Assembly (NCBI GenBank): GCA_943355025.1
Contig: CALRDW010000001.1
Coordinates: forward strand, 60,015-124,014
Length of the DNA stretch: 64,000 nt
DNA from: Candidatus Magasanikiibacteriota bacterium
GTDB lineage: Bacteria; Patescibacteriota; Patescibacteriia; Magasanikbacterales; 2-02-FULL-50-9b
Direction of reading: 5' to 3'
The translations under genes and the position numbers were made by a program. Shown one piece after another: positions 1 through 8,746 of the stretch (positions are counted from its first letter, which is position 1; each line of letters begins with the position of its first letter). Below the pieces are notes generated by a model that did no database searches, was not told the origin of the DNA, and worked only from the letters and a program-made list of their open reading frames with translations.

Positions 1-89
1 GTGGCGAAGGCACAAAGGTGCTCCATGGCGTTCGTTGCGAAATTATAATCCACACGCCCAAATTTGTCCAGATCTGCTATACTGCTTCT

Positions 90-770
90 ATGATTCGTCT
101 CGATGCTGTTTCAAAAGTATACGGGGGCGGGATTCCTGCTCTCGAGGATATTCATTTACATATTGCGCCGGGCGAGTTTGTTTCGATTGTAGGACAAAGT
201 GGAACCGGCAAAACAACGCTCGTTAAACTTCTCATCGCGGAAGAACGTGCGACAAATGGCCGTATAGAAATTGGTGGTTGGGATATAACGCGAATCGGCC
301 GTGGGGATGTGCCGCTGCTTAGGCGTCAAATGGGAATAATTTTTCAAGATTTTAAATTGTTGCCTAATAAAACAGCGTTTGAAAATGTTGCATTTGCGCT
401 TGAGGTTGCGGGAGAATCTCGACCACGCATTCGCCGCGCAGTAACACAACTGCTTGACATTGTTGGGATAACCGAAGCTGCTCATAGATTTCCATTCGAG
501 TTGTCGGGAGGTGAACAGCAACGCGTCGCGATCGCGCGCTCCTTAGCGCACCGACCAAAAATTTTAGTTGCCGACGAGCCGACGGGAAATCTTGACACGC
601 TTAATACACAAGAAATCATTCGCATTCTTAAAAAAATTAATGAGTTTGGCACGACCGTTCTTTTGGTAACACACAATCGTGAGGTTGTGAACGATCTGCG
701 GCGGCGCGTTATCACACTTGACAAAGGGCGTATTTCGCATGATCAAAAAACAGGAAAATATGTCATTTAA
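90..770 (+). CDS. ftsE: Cell division ABC ATPase FtsE
   Basis: Walker A GQSGTGKT, signature LSGGEQQR, ADEPTGNLD; directly followed by ftsX; start placed at ATG 90. Confidence 0.93.
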   Translation: MIRLDAVSKVYGGGIPALEDIHLHIAPGEFVSIVGQSGTGKTTLVKLLIAEERATNGRIEIGGWDITRIGRGDVPLLRRQMGIIFQDFKLLPNKTAFENVAFALEVAGESRPRIRRAVTQLLDIVGITEAAHRFPFELSGGEQQRVAIARSLAHRPKILVADEPTGNLDTLNTQEIIRILKKINEFGTTVLLVTHNREVVNDLRRRVITLDKGRISHDQKTGKYVI

Positions 771-1704
771 TAATCATCGGGCATCATTTTTTATTGTAGT
801 CGGACGCGTGTTTCGCTACGCGTTTCAAAATATCCTTCGTAATTTTGGTCTCGCAATAATTACAATTTCGATTTTGGTACTTTCGCTCATTTCTGTTAAC
901 ACACTTTTAGCCGTCAAATCGCTCACAGCTGCAGCTGTACATGCAATTGAAAAGCAGGTTGATATCAGTGTGTTTTTTGTTCCTGAGGCAACAGAAAAGC
1001 AAGTTGACGAAGTGCGTGCGTACATGGCTCAGTTTAATTCTGTGACGACTGTGGATGTGATTAGCCGCGAAGATGCGCTTGCAGCCTTTAAAGCGCGTCA
1101 TGCGGACAATCCTGAGATTCTGAAGTCGCTTGCGGTGCTTGAAACAAATCCGTTGGGGGCTATCGTTGTTGTCCATACAAAAGATGCGAAGGATTATAAA
1201 GTTATTTTGGATTCGTTTGAGAAACAAACACAGTTCAATTCGATTGTTCAACGCCGATCGTTTGAGGATCGTGGAAAAATTGTTGAGCGCGTTGAATTTT
1301 TAACGGCGCGTGCGCAGGATGGTGCGCTTGGGCTCGCTGCACTGTTTGCTCTCATTGCGGTTTTGATTGTTTTTAATGCGATACGTGTCGCGATCTATAC
1401 GCAGCGCGAAGAAATTTCAATTAAAAAACTAGTTGGCGCGACAAACGGTTTTATTCGTGCTCCATTTTTTATTGAAGGATTTGTGTATGTAAGCGTTTCT
1501 GTTGGAATAGTTGCGGGGATTATGCATATCGCAACTCGATACATCGATCCCTTTCTCGGCCCGTTGTTTTCTGGTGGAGGTTTCTCGCTGCATGCAACAT
1601 TTTTTCAGAATTCGGGGCAGCTATTTGGCATCGAGCTTGTGGCGCTGCTCGCTATAACGTGGATGACCTCGGTTATTGCTATGCGAAAGTATTTACAAAA
1701 ATAA
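760..1704 (+). CDS. ftsX: Cell division permease FtsX
   Basis: Four TM segments with a large periplasmic loop, NPL motif, REEISIKKLVGAT..FIRAPF motif. Confidence 0.93.
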   Translation: MSFNNHRASFFIVVGRVFRYAFQNILRNFGLAIITISILVLSLISVNTLLAVKSLTAAAVHAIEKQVDISVFFVPEATEKQVDEVRAYMAQFNSVTTVDVISREDALAAFKARHADNPEILKSLAVLETNPLGAIVVVHTKDAKDYKVILDSFEKQTQFNSIVQRRSFEDRGKIVERVEFLTARAQDGALGLAALFALIAVLIVFNAIRVAIYTQREEISIKKLVGATNGFIRAPFFIEGFVYVSVSVGIVAGIMHIATRYIDPFLGPLFSGGGFSLHATFFQNSGQLFGIELVALLAITWMTSVIAMRKYLQK

Positions 1705-1762
1705 AGCGGGTTGCGGCAGAGGTTGTCAGGATGCAGGAGCTTGTGATACGCTGGTGGCGCAA

Positions 1763-1833
1763 TCCGGGATCGTCTAATGGTAGGACACGGCCCTTTGAAG
1801 GCTGTTATCTTGGTTCGAATCCAAGTCCCGGAG
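1763..1833 (+). tRNA. tRNA-Gln(UUG)
   Basis: Acceptor stem TCCGGGA/TCCCGGA, anticodon arm CGGCC-CT-TTG-AA-GGCTG, T-loop GGTTCGAATCC; CCA not encoded. Confidence 0.95.
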
Positions 1834-1877
1834 CACGGTTGCTTCATATTTAAAAATTGTATTTCACCTGGGAGGGT

Positions 1878-2420
1878 ATGAGAAAAAAAGTTTTTGCAGT
1901 AATCGGAAGCGTTTTGTTTTTTGTGTTCGTGGCTTATAAAGGGACGTCAGTATTTCCGCGTTCGGCGTCAGCCCAGCACACACCAAATTATTTAATTCCT
2001 GATGGCACGGTTATTCGCACCGTTGATGGGGATACATTTGTTGTACAACTCGGCGGCCTACAGGAAAAAGTTCGTATGCTGGGAATGGATACGCCAGAGA
2101 CTGTTGATCCGCGAAAAACAGTTCAGTGTTTTGGAAAAGAGGCGAGTAAAAAACTGCACGAACTTCTGACTGATAAAATAGTAACTTTGAAATCAGATCC
2201 TGCAAATGATGATCGCGATAAGTACGGCCGAATTTTGCGCTATGTGTATTTACCAGATGGAACATTTGTTAATTCGATTATGATCGAGCAGGGCTTTGCA
2301 TTTGCATATATAAAATTTCCATTTATGTATAAGGAGCAATTTGTTCGGCTCCAGATGCAGGCGCGAGCGGCGCGCGCTGGTCTGTGGGGGAAGGAAACCT
2401 GCAATGGTGTGCATGGGTAG
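1878..2420 (+). CDS. Thermonuclease (SNase-like) with N-terminal membrane anchor
   Basis: VDGDT, VRMLGMDTPE, DKYGRILRYV and RAGLWG motifs; GGAGG SD before ATG 1878. Confidence 0.9.
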   Translation: MRKKVFAVIGSVLFFVFVAYKGTSVFPRSASAQHTPNYLIPDGTVIRTVDGDTFVVQLGGLQEKVRMLGMDTPETVDPRKTVQCFGKEASKKLHELLTDKIVTLKSDPANDDRDKYGRILRYVYLPDGTFVNSIMIEQGFAFAYIKFPFMYKEQFVRLQMQARAARAGLWGKETCNGVHG

Positions 2421-2465
2421 GCAGCGTGGTATACTCACCGCGGAATAATTATAATTTCAACCTCT

Positions 2466-2939
2466 ATGGTATCAGCTGGAAAGAAGGCACCGTCATTCAA
2501 ATTATTTGACCAGTCGGGGACGCCGCATTCGTTAGCGGATGAGAGTGGTAAATGGGTTTTGCTTTATTTTTATCCAAAGGATGATACACCAGGATGCACA
2601 AAGGAAGCGTGCTCGATTCGGGATAATTTTTCAAAGTTTAAAAAATTAAATGTAACCGTGTTTGGAGTGAGTGCTGATTCAATAAAATCGCACGCAAAGT
2701 TTGTTGAAAAATACGAATTGCCGTTTATACTTCTTGCAGATATTGATAAAAAAATTGTCGCAAAGTATGGCGTGTGGGCAGACAAAAAATTTATGGGCCG
2801 CGAGTACAAAGGTATATTACGTACCTCATTTCTCATCGATCCCGAGGGGATCGTCGCGAAAGTTTACGAGAATGTAAAACCCGAACAACATGCGGATGAA
2901 ATTTTGTCGGATCTTAAAAATTTTCAGAAATCTCGGTAA
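2466..2939 (+). CDS. bcp: Thioredoxin-dependent thiol peroxidase (BCP/PrxQ)
   Basis: YFYPKDDTPGCTKEAC motif. Confidence 0.93.
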   Translation: MVSAGKKAPSFKLFDQSGTPHSLADESGKWVLLYFYPKDDTPGCTKEACSIRDNFSKFKKLNVTVFGVSADSIKSHAKFVEKYELPFILLADIDKKIVAKYGVWADKKFMGREYKGILRTSFLIDPEGIVAKVYENVKPEQHADEILSDLKNFQKSR

Positions 2940-2963
2940 AAAATACCCGAACAAAAGCCGAAA

Positions 2964-3138
2964 TTGTGGGTGTGGATAGCCTGCTTGCGCAGGATGGGGT
3001 AGGGGTGTAAGGTTCCCCCACTAAACAACCTAACCCGCTGGCATATGCGCCTCGCATCAATACTCATGAGAGAAAATTTCTTTTGCGAAGACGGAGGTGA
3101 TTCCGAGGATGAGGAAGTGCTGTAAGGCACTTCTTTTG
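2964..3138 (+). ncRNA. Candidate structured RNA or leader upstream of sod (family not recognised)
   Basis: Hairpin CCTGC-TTGC-GCAGG (2980-2993); GGGGTAGG/CCTAACCC stem whose loop CCCAC is complementary to upstream GTGGG; ends in a terminator. Confidence 0.4.
3114..3138 (+). terminator. Intrinsic terminator upstream of sod
   Basis: GAAGTGC-TGTAAG-GCACTTC followed by TTTT. Confidence 0.6.
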
Positions 3139-3219
3139 TATCTACGGCAGGGGAGTTTAAAAGTTTTCCACACCCCTAAAATTTGCTATTTATAGCATAG
3201 CAGGATACCTTTAATTTGT

Positions 3220-3822
3220 ATGAATAAAACTGAACCAAAATCATTACCCTTTACAAACGCTCCTGAGGGCATTTCAGAAAAAACTCTCGCTATCCATCAC
3301 GATAAGCTGTACGTTGGATATGTGAACAAAAAAAATGAGATCGAAGAAAAACTTGAGCCGCTCATGACTGGCGGGAGTGTTGCTTCTGCAAACCAAACGT
3401 ATTCAGAACTACGTGCTTTGAAGGACGGTGAAACATTTGCGGTCAATGGCGTGTATTTGCACGAATGGTATTTTGATGTGCTTGGCGGCGACGGGCTTGC
3501 GCATGGTGCACTCGCGGAAGCGCTTATCGGACAGTTCGGGAGCGTTGAAAATTTTATTGGATATTTTGCTGGGTGTGGTATGGCTGCTCGTGGATGGGCA
3601 GTACTCGCGTATGACACGCACGATAAAATGCTCAAAGTATATACGTGCGACTCACATAATCAGGGCGGGGTTTGGGGAGCAATTCCTGTAATCGTGCTCG
3701 ATGTGTATGAGCACGCATATTTTATAGATTATGGTAGCGATCGTGCGGCGTATATTCAAGCTTTTTTGAAGCAACTCAATTGGACGAAAGCAAATGAGTT
3801 GTTCGCTGCAATCTCAAAGTAA
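3220..3822 (+). CDS. sod: Fe/Mn superoxide dismutase
   Basis: HHDKLY..Y, LHEWYF, GWAVL and DVYEHAYF metal-ligand motifs. Confidence 0.93.
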   Translation: MNKTEPKSLPFTNAPEGISEKTLAIHHDKLYVGYVNKKNEIEEKLEPLMTGGSVASANQTYSELRALKDGETFAVNGVYLHEWYFDVLGGDGLAHGALAEALIGQFGSVENFIGYFAGCGMAARGWAVLAYDTHDKMLKVYTCDSHNQGGVWGAIPVIVLDVYEHAYFIDYGSDRAAYIQAFLKQLNWTKANELFAAISK

Positions 3823-3851
3823 TGGTTCTTTAATGTAATTGTATTTCTCGT

Positions 3852-4148
3852 ATGCCAACAGCGCAACAGTTTTCTCACTCGTTCGAAATTCCACAAGAGA
3901 CTCAAGCAGAGATTGAAGATATTGCCGCATATCTTTCGCAGGTATATGGATTTGATTTTCCACTCGAGCTTCTCGAGGATTGTTATAAACAGGTCGAACA
4001 AGTTGAAATTGTGCGTGCAATTGCGGACCGCGTAAAAGTCAGAATCAATATTGATCCAGATGATATTTTTGAAGATGAAAAAATGGCGCGCCACCTGAGC
4101 CGGCTTGAGCGTGCGTTTCAGTATTTTGTCGACGAACACCTCTCTTAA
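3852..4148 (+). CDS. Hypothetical acidic protein
   Basis: 98-aa ORF filling the gap between sod and ahpC, ATG start. Confidence 0.7.
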   Translation: MPTAQQFSHSFEIPQETQAEIEDIAAYLSQVYGFDFPLELLEDCYKQVEQVEIVRAIADRVKVRINIDPDDIFEDEKMARHLSRLERAFQYFVDEHLS

Positions 4149-4162
4149 TTACATTTACGATT

Positions 4163-4690
4163 ATGAATATGTTACAAGTACGAACAGCAGCGCCGGAATT
4201 TGACGTCGAAGCTTACGTTGGCGGTGAAACAAAACATGTTTCATTGAAACAGTACCGTGGAAAATGGGTTGTCTTGTTTTTTTACCCCCGAGATTTTACA
4301 TTCATCTGTCCGACAGAGCTTAAGGGTTTTGCAACAAGCGAATCTGAGTTTACTGCATTGAATGCTGTACTCGTTGGTGCGTCGACAGATAGCGCGTTTG
4401 CACACAAGGCGTGGTTTGAGCGTGACCTTCCTATGGTCACGTATCCAGTTCTCGCTGATACAACTCACAGCGTAAGCCGCGACTATGGTGTTTTGCTTGA
4501 GGATTCTGGCGAGGCATTGCGCGGGACATTTATTATTGATCCGGATGGCGTGCTGCGCTACTCAGTAATTTCTGATTTGAATGTTGGGCGCTCAGTTGAT
4601 GAAACATTGCGTGTTGTTAAGGCGCTTCAAACAGGAGAACTTTGCCCAATCGAGTGGAAGCCTGGCGAAACGACACTGGGTAAAGCATAA
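4163..4690 (+). CDS. ahpC: 2-Cys peroxiredoxin (AhpC/Tsa)
   Basis: FFYPRDFTFICPTE and GELCPIEW motifs. Confidence 0.92.
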   Translation: MNMLQVRTAAPEFDVEAYVGGETKHVSLKQYRGKWVVLFFYPRDFTFICPTELKGFATSESEFTALNAVLVGASTDSAFAHKAWFERDLPMVTYPVLADTTHSVSRDYGVLLEDSGEALRGTFIIDPDGVLRYSVISDLNVGRSVDETLRVVKALQTGELCPIEWKPGETTLGKA

Positions 4691-4693
4691 CGT

Positions 4694-5296
4694 ATGTCGC
4701 GCGAAGTGGTCTTTGATATTGAAACACAAAACACGTTTGATGAGGTTGGCGCAGGGAATCACAAAGGGCTGAAGGTGTCAGTTGTTGTTGCATATACGTA
4801 CGAGGATGATCAGTTTCACGTGTTTCGTGAGGAGAATCTAAAAGATCTCTGGCCAATTCTTGAACGCGCAGAACGATTGATCGGATATAATTCGAAATTT
4901 TTTGATATCCCAGTTCTGCAAAATTATTATACAGGTGATTTATCGAAAATTCCGCATCTTGATTTATTGGAGGAAATTCGACGATCTGCGGGATTTCGTC
5001 CAAAGCTTGATGATATTGCGCGAGCAACGCTTAACACACAAAAATCGGCGCACGGACTTCAAGCGGTTGAATGGTTTAAACAGGGCGAGTGGGAAAAAAT
5101 AGAAAAGTATTGCATTGACGACGTACGGATTACGCGTGATGTGTATGAATACGGAAAAACAAATAAACAAGTTTTTTATCCGGATTTGCAAGGAAATTTA
5201 AAACCAATTCCTGTAAAATTTGGTGTTGAAAAAGTTGCTCAGGGTGCTGGAATTGAGGCGCCAGGCACAGGCATGAATATGACGCTGCCCTTTTAA
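4694..5296 (+). CDS. RNase H-like (DnaQ/YprB-like) 3'-5' exonuclease domain protein
   Basis: VVFDIET, GYN..FD and YCIDDV acidic motifs. Confidence 0.8.
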   Translation: MSREVVFDIETQNTFDEVGAGNHKGLKVSVVVAYTYEDDQFHVFREENLKDLWPILERAERLIGYNSKFFDIPVLQNYYTGDLSKIPHLDLLEEIRRSAGFRPKLDDIARATLNTQKSAHGLQAVEWFKQGEWEKIEKYCIDDVRITRDVYEYGKTNKQVFYPDLQGNLKPIPVKFGVEKVAQGAGIEAPGTGMNMTLPF

Positions 5297-5306
5297 TTTT
5301 TTTCGT

Positions 5307-6587
5307 ATGCTTAAATTCGTATTGCAGCGCGCGCTTGCTTCGATTGCCCGGGCCGTTGTTAAAAAATATCGTCCAAAGGTTGTTGGCATCACGGGCTCTG
5401 TAGGAAAAACTTCAACAAAAGAGGCGTGTGCCGCCGTTTTATCGACGCGATATCGAGTTGGAAGCGCGAAAAAAAATTATAATAATGAGCTGGGCGTGCC
5501 ACTCACCATTTTGGGAGAGGATGCGCCAGGTCGCTCGATTCTGCGATGGCTCGGTTTATTTTTTACCGGCTTTCGCCTGTTGCTTACCGAAGACGCGTTG
5601 TACCCACAGGTTCTTGTTCTTGAACTTGGCGCAGACCATCCGGGTGATCTTGCTTATTTATTAACGATTGCACCGCTTGATGTCGCCATCATTACTGCAA
5701 TTGGTGCAGCACACACCGAATATTTTGGATCAATCGCCGGTGTGCTCACGGAGAAAAAAACAATTGCAGTTTCATTATCCAGCGACAAAATTGCAATTCT
5801 CAACGGTGATGATTCCTTACTCACAGAAATTCGAGGTGAGATTTCTGCACGTATTGTTTCATTTGGTTTTTCACCGACAAACGATGTTCAGGGTCGCGGC
5901 GTACAAACACATTATGCAACGGACGGCGTACCGGACGGCGTTGAGGCTGATGTATTTATGCGAGGCGAGGAATTTAGTTTAGTTATGTCAGGCGTGCTTG
6001 GACGACCAACAGTGTACGCCGCGCTCGCAGCTGTTGCAGTTGGTCAGGCAATGGACGTTGGTATGGCTGAGATTCAACTAGGACTTGCGACGGTTTTATT
6101 TCCACCCGGCCGTATGCGAATAATTCCTGGAATTAAGGGCACGCTACTGATTGATGACACCTATAACTCGTCACCAACCGCAGCTGCTGAATCGCTTTCC
6201 CTACTGGAATCATTGCATGCTCACGGTCGGCGAATTGCCATTCTTGGCGACATGTTGGAGCTTGGAGCTTTGACTGAAATCGAGCATCGTAAAATTGGAC
6301 TATTGGTTGCTGAGAAAAATATTGATGTGTTATACACCGTTGGCGGTGCGTCGCATGCTCTAGCCGCCGCGGCGCGTGAGGCGGGAATGGAAGAGTATTC
6401 GATTTATTGTTTTGATACGTCGGCAGAGGCAGGAAGATTTTTGCAAGATCGTATACAGGATGGGGATATTATTTTGATCAAAGGATCACAGGGTACGCGC
6501 ATGGAGCGAATTGTAAAAGAAGTCATGGCAGAGCCGCTCAAAGCAGAAAAATTATTAGTGCGTCAGGGGAAGGGCTGGGTTTCTTGA
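5307..6587 (+). CDS. murF: UDP-N-acetylmuramoyl-tripeptide--D-Ala-D-Ala ligase
   Basis: GITGSVGKTSTK, NNELGVPLT, DDTYNSSP, LGDMLELG, KGS motifs; short N-terminus. Confidence 0.92.
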   Translation: MLKFVLQRALASIARAVVKKYRPKVVGITGSVGKTSTKEACAAVLSTRYRVGSAKKNYNNELGVPLTILGEDAPGRSILRWLGLFFTGFRLLLTEDALYPQVLVLELGADHPGDLAYLLTIAPLDVAIITAIGAAHTEYFGSIAGVLTEKKTIAVSLSSDKIAILNGDDSLLTEIRGEISARIVSFGFSPTNDVQGRGVQTHYATDGVPDGVEADVFMRGEEFSLVMSGVLGRPTVYAALAAVAVGQAMDVGMAEIQLGLATVLFPPGRMRIIPGIKGTLLIDDTYNSSPTAAAESLSLLESLHAHGRRIAILGDMLELGALTEIEHRKIGLLVAEKNIDVLYTVGGASHALAAAAREAGMEEYSIYCFDTSAEAGRFLQDRIQDGDIILIKGSQGTRMERIVKEVMAEPLKAEKLLVRQGKGWVS

Positions 6588-6646
6588 AAATTTTGTTTAT
6601 CTTTTTTTCTAGGAAAAAACAAGTATATCTTTTTTGCTACTTGTCT

Positions 6647-6669
6647 TTTGTAAGACAATGTCTTACAAA
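6647..6669. promoter_or_regulatory. Perfect inverted repeat, probable operator of the RHH protein
   Basis: TTTGTAAGACA-A-TGTCTTACAAA just before the GGAGG SD of the RHH gene. Confidence 0.65.
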
Positions 6670-6677
6670 GCGGAGGT

Positions 6678-6902
6678 ATGCGTAAAACAATTACAATTTC
6701 TTTGCCAGAAGAATTGGCTAAAAAATTAGCTGTAGAAATTAAGAGACGAAATTTTGCTACAACAAGTGAGTTTATTCGGCGTCTCATTAATAAATGGTTT
6801 ATTGAAGAAGAGGAGCGAAAATATTTACTCAAAAAACGCTCCAATCAAATTTTAAAGGATGTGATTAAGCGTGCAGAAGCGACAGGTTCTCTTGAAGAAT
6901 AA
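6678..6902 (+). CDS. Ribbon-helix-helix (CopG-like) protein, antitoxin-like
   Basis: MRKTITISLPEEL...SEFIRRLI pattern; AT-rich; SD present. Confidence 0.82.
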   Translation: MRKTITISLPEELAKKLAVEIKRRNFATTSEFIRRLINKWFIEEEERKYLLKKRSNQILKDVIKRAEATGSLEE

Positions 6903-6930
6903 AAAATACCACCCGAAGGTGGTATTTTTT
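6901..6930. terminator. Bidirectional intrinsic terminator
   Basis: AAAAAATACCACC-CGAA-GGTGGTATTTTTT between the convergent RHH gene and tRNA-Glu. Confidence 0.85.
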
Positions 6931-7004
6931 GGTAGCGCTAACGGGAGTCGAACCCGTCTTCTCAGATTGAGAATCTGATGTCCTAACCGATAGACGATAG
7001 CGCC
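6930..7004 (-). tRNA. tRNA-Glu(CUC)
   Basis: Reverse complement GGCGCTA...TCAGA-TT-CTC-AA-TCTGA...GGTTCGACTCC...TAGCGCTACCA; CCA encoded. Confidence 0.95.
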
Positions 7005-7103
7005 GGATAGCGCCTATTCTATCAGACCTTGTTCGAATGTTCAACCCGTCATTGACCATGGCTTGTAAACATGCTACTCTCGGATTGCATTTATGGAGGT
7101 TAC

Positions 7104-7976
7104 ATGCAGACGCTTTCAGTACCGAACATTGACCTTGAACGCATTGATGAGCCGAGCCCTTTTGGGACGGAACTTACTGCGGTTTCGAATCTTGCGGCCA
7201 TTCAATTGACTCCGCGCGGTTTGCGAGCGGAACGGATGGGGAACACACGAACGCTCATCGATCGGATCGCGGCGCTACCTGAATACATAGCGCCTCGACC
7301 TGGAGACACTCATGCACCGCACGGGCGTTTTCGTGGTCGGCAGATCATTGGTAGCGGCGCCGCGATTCGTGGTGGCGTCTATATGGGTCGCGGCCCGCGA
7401 GAAGCAATTGTTGTTGATCTTGAGCCGGGAACAGCAGCACGGTTTCTGTACGAACAGCTCGTTCTCTCTTCTTTCGCGGTAATTCAACCACAGTGGACGA
7501 AAGTGTGGCGGCACAATCTTTTGCACTTCTTTCTGGCCATTTTTTGGTTGGTGCCACCCGATGAAGATGATGATTCGCATGTGCCGCTTTCAGTGGCACT
7601 GCCCCGCATCACTTCGTTTGTTCAGCAGCACATGCCGTACAGCGATGCGCTCAGCGCCGAGGTAGCGCGGCGACTTAAAGCGGGAAAGGATGAAGAAGTT
7701 TCGATTGATGAGTATATTCGCGCCACCGCTGGCGTGTGTCGTCATCAAGTATGTTTGCTCGGCGGTTTGCTTGAGCAACTGATCGAGGCGGGGCATATCG
7801 CGGGCTCAGTTTCGATAGAGCGCGACTTACTGCTCGGCGGGAGTCACGCGTGGGTGCGCTTCACAGCGCCCGGCGGCCAGGCGTATATACTTGATCCAGC
7901 ACAAAATGTATTGTGCATGCGGCTGCAAGATATGCATGAAGGTACGCGGGCATTCTACGACAAACAGATGTTCTAA
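7104..7976 (+). CDS. Hypothetical protein with transglutaminase/papain-like Cys-His-Asp triad
   Basis: GVCRHQ...SHAWV...YILDP motifs; own promoter (TTGACC 7052, TACTCT 7075) and GGAGGT SD. Confidence 0.7.
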   Translation: MQTLSVPNIDLERIDEPSPFGTELTAVSNLAAIQLTPRGLRAERMGNTRTLIDRIAALPEYIAPRPGDTHAPHGRFRGRQIIGSGAAIRGGVYMGRGPREAIVVDLEPGTAARFLYEQLVLSSFAVIQPQWTKVWRHNLLHFFLAIFWLVPPDEDDDSHVPLSVALPRITSFVQQHMPYSDALSAEVARRLKAGKDEEVSIDEYIRATAGVCRHQVCLLGGLLEQLIEAGHIAGSVSIERDLLLGGSHAWVRFTAPGGQAYILDPAQNVLCMRLQDMHEGTRAFYDKQMF

Positions 7977-7978
7977 CA

Positions 7979-8010
7979 GGGCGGCCACTTTTTCAAGCGG
8001 CCGTTTTTCA
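7979..8010 (+). terminator. Probable intrinsic terminator
   Basis: GGGCGGCC...GGCCGTTT stem followed by T-run. Confidence 0.55.
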
Positions 8011-8107
8011 TTTGCGCATAGTTTATTTGGTCTGTGTGTATAAATAAAAAAGCAGCAGACCTCGCGAAGTGCGTGGTGTGCTGCTAGTGCTTTGTCCAAA
8101 GCACTTT

Positions 8108-8746
8108 TTACTGCTTGGGTTTTCCCGGCGTTCGTTTGAACGAAAGGACTGTGCATTTGGTAATCGAGAGTCCAGATTTCTGCATCCAGCGTCCCAAAGG
8201 GGATGCTGCAATCGCTGTTTTCGCGGACTCGGGCAGTTCACTCAGTTTCTCGCCAGGATCGATTGCGACAATTCCAGGATTAGTTTTCACGCTTTCATTG
8301 AACAAGCGCATGAAAGCTACAGTCACGTATTCATCGGTCTCGGCGGTCATGATGATTTTTTTCTTCGCGAGCTTGTCCGTGAAGGCTGGTGAATGTGCGA
8401 ACGCAGTTGGGTCTGCAACGGCGAGCACAAACCCGTAATCAATGGCTGACACGGGACCATCGCCATGCATGTGGATCTCAAAAGCCTCTGAAACGTTAAT
8501 GCATTCGGAAGGGCACCATGCAACCTCCATTTTTTTCCAGGTGTCCCCTTCGTCAATTCGTTGAAGAACATCAGTGTGTCCTATGGGTTCTTCGAGCACT
8601 ACCGGCGAAAGAAGAAAGAGCATGCTGACCCCGAGCATGGCAGGTCCCACAATTCGTGAAACAGGATGTATTGGTGCTACAAGAAAGATAAAAACCGAGG
8701 AAACAACACCAAGGATTAATCCTATTATCATGAGTGCAATTATCAT
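8108..8746 (-). CDS. Hypothetical membrane protein (2 N-terminal TM)
   Basis: Two hydrophobic segments then a soluble domain; GGAGG SD; ATGA overlap with the upstream gene. Confidence 0.7.
   Translation of the reverse strand: MIIALMIIGLILGVVSSVFIFLVAPIHPVSRIVGPAMLGVSMLFLLSPVVLEEPIGHTDVLQRIDEGDTWKKMEVAWCPSECINVSEAFEIHMHGDGPVSAIDYGFVLAVADPTAFAHSPAFTDKLAKKKIIMTAETDEYVTVAFMRLFNESVKTNPGIVAIDPGEKLSELPESAKTAIAASPLGRWMQKSGLSITKCTVLSFKRTPGKPKQ

Noticed and set aside
1-26. Possible start of a minus-strand gene (ATG at 26) divergent from ftsE
   Set aside because: Only 8 codons visible, too little to support a call
2994-3125. ATG-GGG-TAG followed by an open frame, suggesting stop-codon readthrough or recoding
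   Set aside because: TAG and TGA end many well-conserved genes here, so the standard code 11 fits; a short open frame is expected by chance
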